Of a DNA stretch of 10,280 nt, positions 6,411 through 10,280 are shown piece after piece (positions within the stretch are counted from its first letter, which is position 1; the number at the start of each line of letters is the position of its first letter). This DNA is from a virus (taxonomy: Duplodnaviria; Heunggongvirae; Uroviricota; Caudoviricetes). The translations under genes and the position numbers were made by a program. The notes under the pieces are model-generated. The model was not told the DNA's origin, made no database searches, and saw only the letters and a program-made list of their open reading frames with translations. The stretch lies in the IMG/VR virus record IMGVR_UViG_2645728048_000009. One strand, 5' to 3'.

Positions 6411-9400
6411 ATGGGTAAAGGAAGCAGTAAGGGGCATACCCCGCGCGAAGCGAAGGACAACCTGAAGTCCACGCAGTTGCTGAGTGTGATCGATGCCATC
6501 AGCGAAGGGCCGGTTGAAGGTCCGGTAGATGGATTAAAAAGCGTGCTGCTGAACAGTACGCCGGTGCTGGACAGTGAGGGGAATACCAACATCTCCGGCG
6601 TCACGGTGGTGTTCCGGGCAGGTGAGCAGGAGCAGACACCGCCGGAGGGATTTGAATCCTCCGGCTCCGAGACGGTGCTGGGTACGGAAGTGAAATATGA
6701 CACGCCGATCACCCGCACCATCACGTCGGCAAACATCGACCGACTGCGCCTGACCTTCGGCGTGCAGGCACTGGTGGAAACCACCTCAAAGGGGGACAGG
6801 AATCCATCGGAAGTCCGCCTGCTGGTTCAGATACAACGTAACGGTGGCTGGGTGACGGAAAAAGACATCACCATTAAGGGCAAAACCACTTCACAGTATC
6901 TGGCCTCGGTGGTGGTGGATAACCTGCCGCCGCGCCCGTTCAATATCCGGATGCGCAGGATGACGCCGGACAGCACCACAGACCAGCTGCAGAACAAAAC
7001 GCTCTGGTCGTCATACACCGAAATCATCGATGTGAAACAGGGCTACCCGAACACGGCACTGGTCGGCGTGCAGGTGGACTCGGAGCAGTTCGGCAGCCAG
7101 CAGGTGAGCCGTAATTATCATCTTCGCGGGCGCATTCTGCAGGTGCCGTCGAACTATAACCCGCAGACGCGGCAATACAGCGGTATCTGGGACGGAACGT
7201 TAAAACCGGCATACAGCAACAACACGGCCTGGTGTCTGTGGGATATGCTGACCCACCCGCGCTACGGCATGGGGAAACGTCTTGGTGCGGCGGATGTGGA
7301 TAAATGGGCGCTGTATGTCATCGGCCAGTACTGCGACCAGTCGGTGCCGGACGGCTTTGGCGGCACGGAGCCGCGCATTACCTGTAATGCGTACCTGACC
7401 ACACAGCGCAAGGCGTGGGATGTGCTCAGTGATTTCTGCTCGGCGATGCGCTGTATGCCGGTATGGAACGGGCAGACGCTGACGTTCGTGCAGGACCGAC
7501 CATCAGATAAGGTGTGGACCTATAACCGCAGTAATGTGGTGATGCCGGATGATGGTGCGCCGTTCCGCTACAGCTTCAGCGCCCTGAAGGACCGCCATAA
7601 TGCCGTTGAGGTGAACTGGATTGACCCGAATAACGGCTGGGAGACGGCGACAGAGCTTGTTGAAGATACGCAGGCCATTGCCCGTTACGGTCGTAATGTC
7701 ACGAAGATGGATGCCTTTGGTTGTACCAGCCGGGGGCAGGCACACCGAGCCGGGCTGTGGCTGATTAAAACGGAACTGCTGGAAACGCAGACCGTGGATT
7801 TCAGCGTGGGCGCAGAAGGGCTTCGCCATGTGCCGGGCGATGTCATTGAAATCTGTGATGATGACTATGCCGGTATCAGCACCGGCGGGCGCGTGCTGGC
7901 GGTAAACAGCCAGACCCGGACGCTGACGCTCGACCGTGAAATCACGCTGCCATCCTCCGGCACCACGCTGATAAGCCTGGTTGACGGGAAGGGTAATCCG
8001 GTCAGCGTGGAGGTCCAGTCCGTCACCGACGGCGTGAAGGTGAAAGTGAGCCGTGTTCCTGACGGCGTTGCTGAATACAGCGTGTGGGGGCTGAAGTTGC
8101 CGACGTTGCGCCAGCGCCTGTTCCGCTGCGTGAGTATCCGTGAGAACGACGACGGCACGTATGCCATCACCGCCGTGCAGCATGTACCCGAAAAAGAAGC
8201 CATCGTGGATAACGGGGCGCACTTTGACGGCGACCAGAGCGGCACGGTGAATGGTGTCACGCCGCCAGCGGTGCAGCACCTGACTGCCGAAGTCACCGCA
8301 GACAGCGGGGAATATCAGGTGCTGGCGCGCTGGGACACGCCGAAGGTGGTGAAGGGCGTGAGCTTTATGCTTCGCCTGACCGTGGCAGCGGATGACGGCA
8401 GTGAGCGGCTGGTCAGCACGGCCCGGACGACGGAAACCACATACCGCTTCACGCAACTGGCGCCGGGGAACTACAGGCTGACAGTCCGGGCGGTAAATGC
8501 GTGGGGGCAGCAGGGCGATCCGGCGTCGGTATCGTTCCGGATTGCCGCACCGGCAGCACCGTCGCGGATTGAGCTGACACCGGGCTATTTTCAGATAACA
8601 GCGGTCCCGCGTCTTGCGGTGTATGACCCGACGGTACAGTTTGAGTTCTGGTTTTCGGAAACGCGGATTACCGATATCAGGCAGGTTGAAACCACAGCCC
8701 GCTACCTTGGCACGGGGCTGTACTGGATAGCCGCCAGTATCAATATCAAACCGGGCCATGATTATTACTTTTATATCCGCAGTGTGAACACCGTTGGCAA
8801 ATCGGCATTTGTGGAGGCTGTTGGCCAGCCGAGTGATGATGCATCCGGCTATCTGGATTTTTTCAAAGGAGAGATAGGGAAAACCCATCTGGCTCAGGAG
8901 TTGTGGACTCAGATTGATAACGGTCAGCTTGCGCCTGACCTGGCGGAAATCAGAACGTCCATCACGGATGTCAGTAATGAAATCACGCAGACCGTCAATA
9001 AGAAACTGGAAGACCAGAGTGCAGCGATCCAGCAGATACAGAAGGTTCAGGTTGATACAAATAATAATCTGAACAGCATGTGGGCTGTGAAGCTGCAACA
9101 GATGAAGGACGGACGCCTTTATATTGCGGGTATCGGTGCCGGTATTGAGAATACGCCAGCAGGAATGCAGAGTCAGGTGCTGCTGGCGGCAGACAGGATT
9201 GCGATGATTAATCCTGCGAATGGCAACACAAAGCCGATGTTTGTTGGTCAGGGCGATCAGATATTCATGAATGAAGTGTTCCTGAAATATCTGACGGCTC
9301 CCACCATTACCAGTGGCGGCAATCCTCCGGCATTTTCCCTGACATCAGACGGAAAGCTGACCGCTAAAAATGCGGATATCAGTGGCAGTGTGAATGCGAA

Positions 9401-9890
9401 CTCCGGGACGCTCAACAACGTCACGATTAACGAGAACTGTCGGGTTCTGGGAAAACTGTCCGCGAACCAGATTGAAGGCGATCTCGTTAAAACAGTGGGC
9501 AAAGCTTTCCCCCGGGACTCCCGTGCACCGGAACGGTGGCCATCAGGGACCATTACCGTCAGGGTTTATGACGATCAGCCGTTTGACCGGCAGATTGTTA
9601 TTCCGGCGGTGGCATTCAGCGGCGCTAAACATGAGAGAGAGCATACTGATATTTACTCCTCATGCCGTCTGATAGTGCGGAAAAACGGTGCTGAAATTTA
9701 TAACCGTACCGCGCTGGATAATACGCTGATTTACAGTGGCGTTATTGATATGCCTGCCGGTCACGGTCACATGACGCTGGAGTTTTCGGTGTCAGCATGG
9801 CTGGTGAATAACTGGTATCCCACAGCAAGTATCAGCGATTTGCTGGTTGTGGTGATGAAGAAAGCCACCGCAGGCATCAGTATCAGCTGA
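6411..9890 (+). CDS. J: Central tail fibre / host-specificity protein J (tail tip; FN3-like repeats; divergent C-terminal receptor-binding region)
   Basis: 1159-aa ORF; ATG 6411 preceded by GAGGA (6405-6409). FN3-like segment encoded around 8250-8560. The N-terminal approx. 800 aa match my recollection of lambda J closely, whereas the last approx. 340 aa (from about 8870) diverge and the DNA there has visibly lower GC. Confidence 0.95.
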   Translation: MGKGSSKGHTPREAKDNLKSTQLLSVIDAISEGPVEGPVDGLKSVLLNSTPVLDSEGNTNISGVTVVFRAGEQEQTPPEGFESSGSETVLGTEVKYDTPITRTITSANIDRLRLTFGVQALVETTSKGDRNPSEVRLLVQIQRNGGWVTEKDITIKGKTTSQYLASVVVDNLPPRPFNIRMRRMTPDSTTDQLQNKTLWSSYTEIIDVKQGYPNTALVGVQVDSEQFGSQQVSRNYHLRGRILQVPSNYNPQTRQYSGIWDGTLKPAYSNNTAWCLWDMLTHPRYGMGKRLGAADVDKWALYVIGQYCDQSVPDGFGGTEPRITCNAYLTTQRKAWDVLSDFCSAMRCMPVWNGQTLTFVQDRPSDKVWTYNRSNVVMPDDGAPFRYSFSALKDRHNAVEVNWIDPNNGWETATELVEDTQAIARYGRNVTKMDAFGCTSRGQAHRAGLWLIKTELLETQTVDFSVGAEGLRHVPGDVIEICDDDYAGISTGGRVLAVNSQTRTLTLDREITLPSSGTTLISLVDGKGNPVSVEVQSVTDGVKVKVSRVPDGVAEYSVWGLKLPTLRQRLFRCVSIRENDDGTYAITAVQHVPEKEAIVDNGAHFDGDQSGTVNGVTPPAVQHLTAEVTADSGEYQVLARWDTPKVVKGVSFMLRLTVAADDGSERLVSTARTTETTYRFTQLAPGNYRLTVRAVNAWGQQGDPASVSFRIAAPAAPSRIELTPGYFQITAVPRLAVYDPTVQFEFWFSETRITDIRQVETTARYLGTGLYWIAASINIKPGHDYYFYIRSVNTVGKSAFVEAVGQPSDDASGYLDFFKGEIGKTHLAQELWTQIDNGQLAPDLAEIRTSITDVSNEITQTVNKKLEDQSAAIQQIQKVQVDTNNNLNSMWAVKLQQMKDGRLYIAGIGAGIENTPAGMQSQVLLAADRIAMINPANGNTKPMFVGQGDQIFMNEVFLKYLTAPTITSGGNPPAFSLTSDGKLTAKNADISGSVNANSGTLNNVTINENCRVLGKLSANQIEGDLVKTVGKAFPRDSRAPERWPSGTITVRVYDDQPFDRQIVIPAVAFSGAKHEREHTDIYSSCRLIVRKNGAEIYNRTALDNTLIYSGVIDMPAGHGHMTLEFSVSAWLVNNWYPTASISDLLVVVMKKATAGISIS

Positions 9891-9908
9891 ATTTTATAAC
9901 CCATATAC

Positions 9909-9933
9909 GGGCGCCAGAAATGGCGCCTTTTTT
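9909..9933 (+). terminator. Rho-independent terminator after J
   Basis: GC stem GGCGCC (9910-9915), loop AGAAAT, GGCGCC (9922-9927), followed immediately by TTTTTT (9928-9933); located 20 nt after the J stop. Confidence 0.8.
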
Positions 9934-9957
9934 ATTGCAGAAAAGCGAGAGGTAATT

Positions 9958-10280
9958 ATGCGTAAATTATGTGCTGTTATTCTGTCCGCAGTAGTCTGGC
10001 TGGTTGCCGCTGGTACGCCAGCGAGCGCAGCAGAGCATCAGTCCACACTAAGCGCCGGGTATCTTCAGACCCATACTGATATGCCAGGCAGCGATGACCT
10101 GAAGGGCATTAACGTGAAATACCGTTATGAATTTACGGACACGCTGGGGCTGGTGACGTCATTCAGCTATGCAGGAGACAGGAATCGCCAGCTTACCCGT
10201 TACAGCGATACCCGCTGGCATGAAGATTCCGTGCGTAACCGCTGGTTCAGCGTGATGGCGGGGCCGTCTGTACGCGTGAA
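9958..10280 (+). CDS. lom: Lom / Ail-family outer membrane protein, 5' part (continues past the window end)
   Basis: ATG 9958 preceded by GAGAGG (9945-9950). Open frame to the window edge (107 codons, no stop), which is why it is absent from the ORF track. N-terminal signal-peptide-like sequence [24 protein letters not shown] followed by beta-barrel-like alternating motifs ([23 protein letters not shown]) that match my recollection of lambda Lom. Position downstream of J as in lambda. Confidence 0.85.
   Translation, partial: MRKLCAVILSAVVWLVAAGTPASAAEHQSTLSAGYLQTHTDMPGSDDLKGINVKYRYEFTDTLGLVTSFSYAGDRNRQLTRYSDTRWHEDSVRNRWFSVMAGPSVRV

Noticed and set aside
7503-9098. 531-aa ORF on the minus strand, entirely inside J
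   Set aside because: Antisense to a strongly supported, well-conserved gene. Its translation is Arg/Cys/His-rich and low-complexity, typical of antisense reading of high-GC coding DNA, and it has no start context or recognisable motifs.
9891-9957. Possible sigma-70 promoter for lom in the J-lom spacer
   Set aside because: Only weak -10-like hexamers (e.g. TATAAC near 9894-9899) with no matching -35, and the terminator lies downstream of them. I could not support a promoter call from the sequence alone.
1-10280. Chi sites (GCTGGTGG), CRISPR arrays, tandem repeats, tRNA genes, IS elements
   Set aside because: A visual scan found only near-matches to Chi (e.g. TCTGGTGG) and no direct-repeat arrays or terminal inverted repeats. 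The short CAGCAGCAGAG reiterations around 2570-2610 are codon-level repeats within the coiled-coil region of H, not a repeat element.

Overview
This window is the tail-morphogenesis module of a lambda-like (lambdoid) siphovirus or prophage of an enterobacterial host, all on the + strand in the canonical order V (3' part) - G - G-T (-1 frameshift fusion) - H - M - L - K - I - J - lom (5' part). The gene order, protein lengths (H 853 aa, M 109 aa, L 232 aa, I 223 aa) and N-terminal sequences match what I remember of phage lambda; this is recall, not a search. Genes are tightly packed with coupled starts (ATGA, TGATG), and the only sizeable non-coding stretches are a 60-nt I-J spacer with a hairpin and the J-lom spacer carrying a clear intrinsic terminator. 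I do not see evidence of a novel defence or other undescribed system: essentially every base is accounted for by the tail operon. The points most worth a second look are a divergent, lower-GC 3' end of J (probable receptor-specificity swap), the ambiguous start of K and its 103-nt overlap with I, the K/I JAB-protease plus ubiquitin-like pairing, and the lom moron. The long minus-strand ORFs in the track are all antisense to these genes and I treat them as artefacts.
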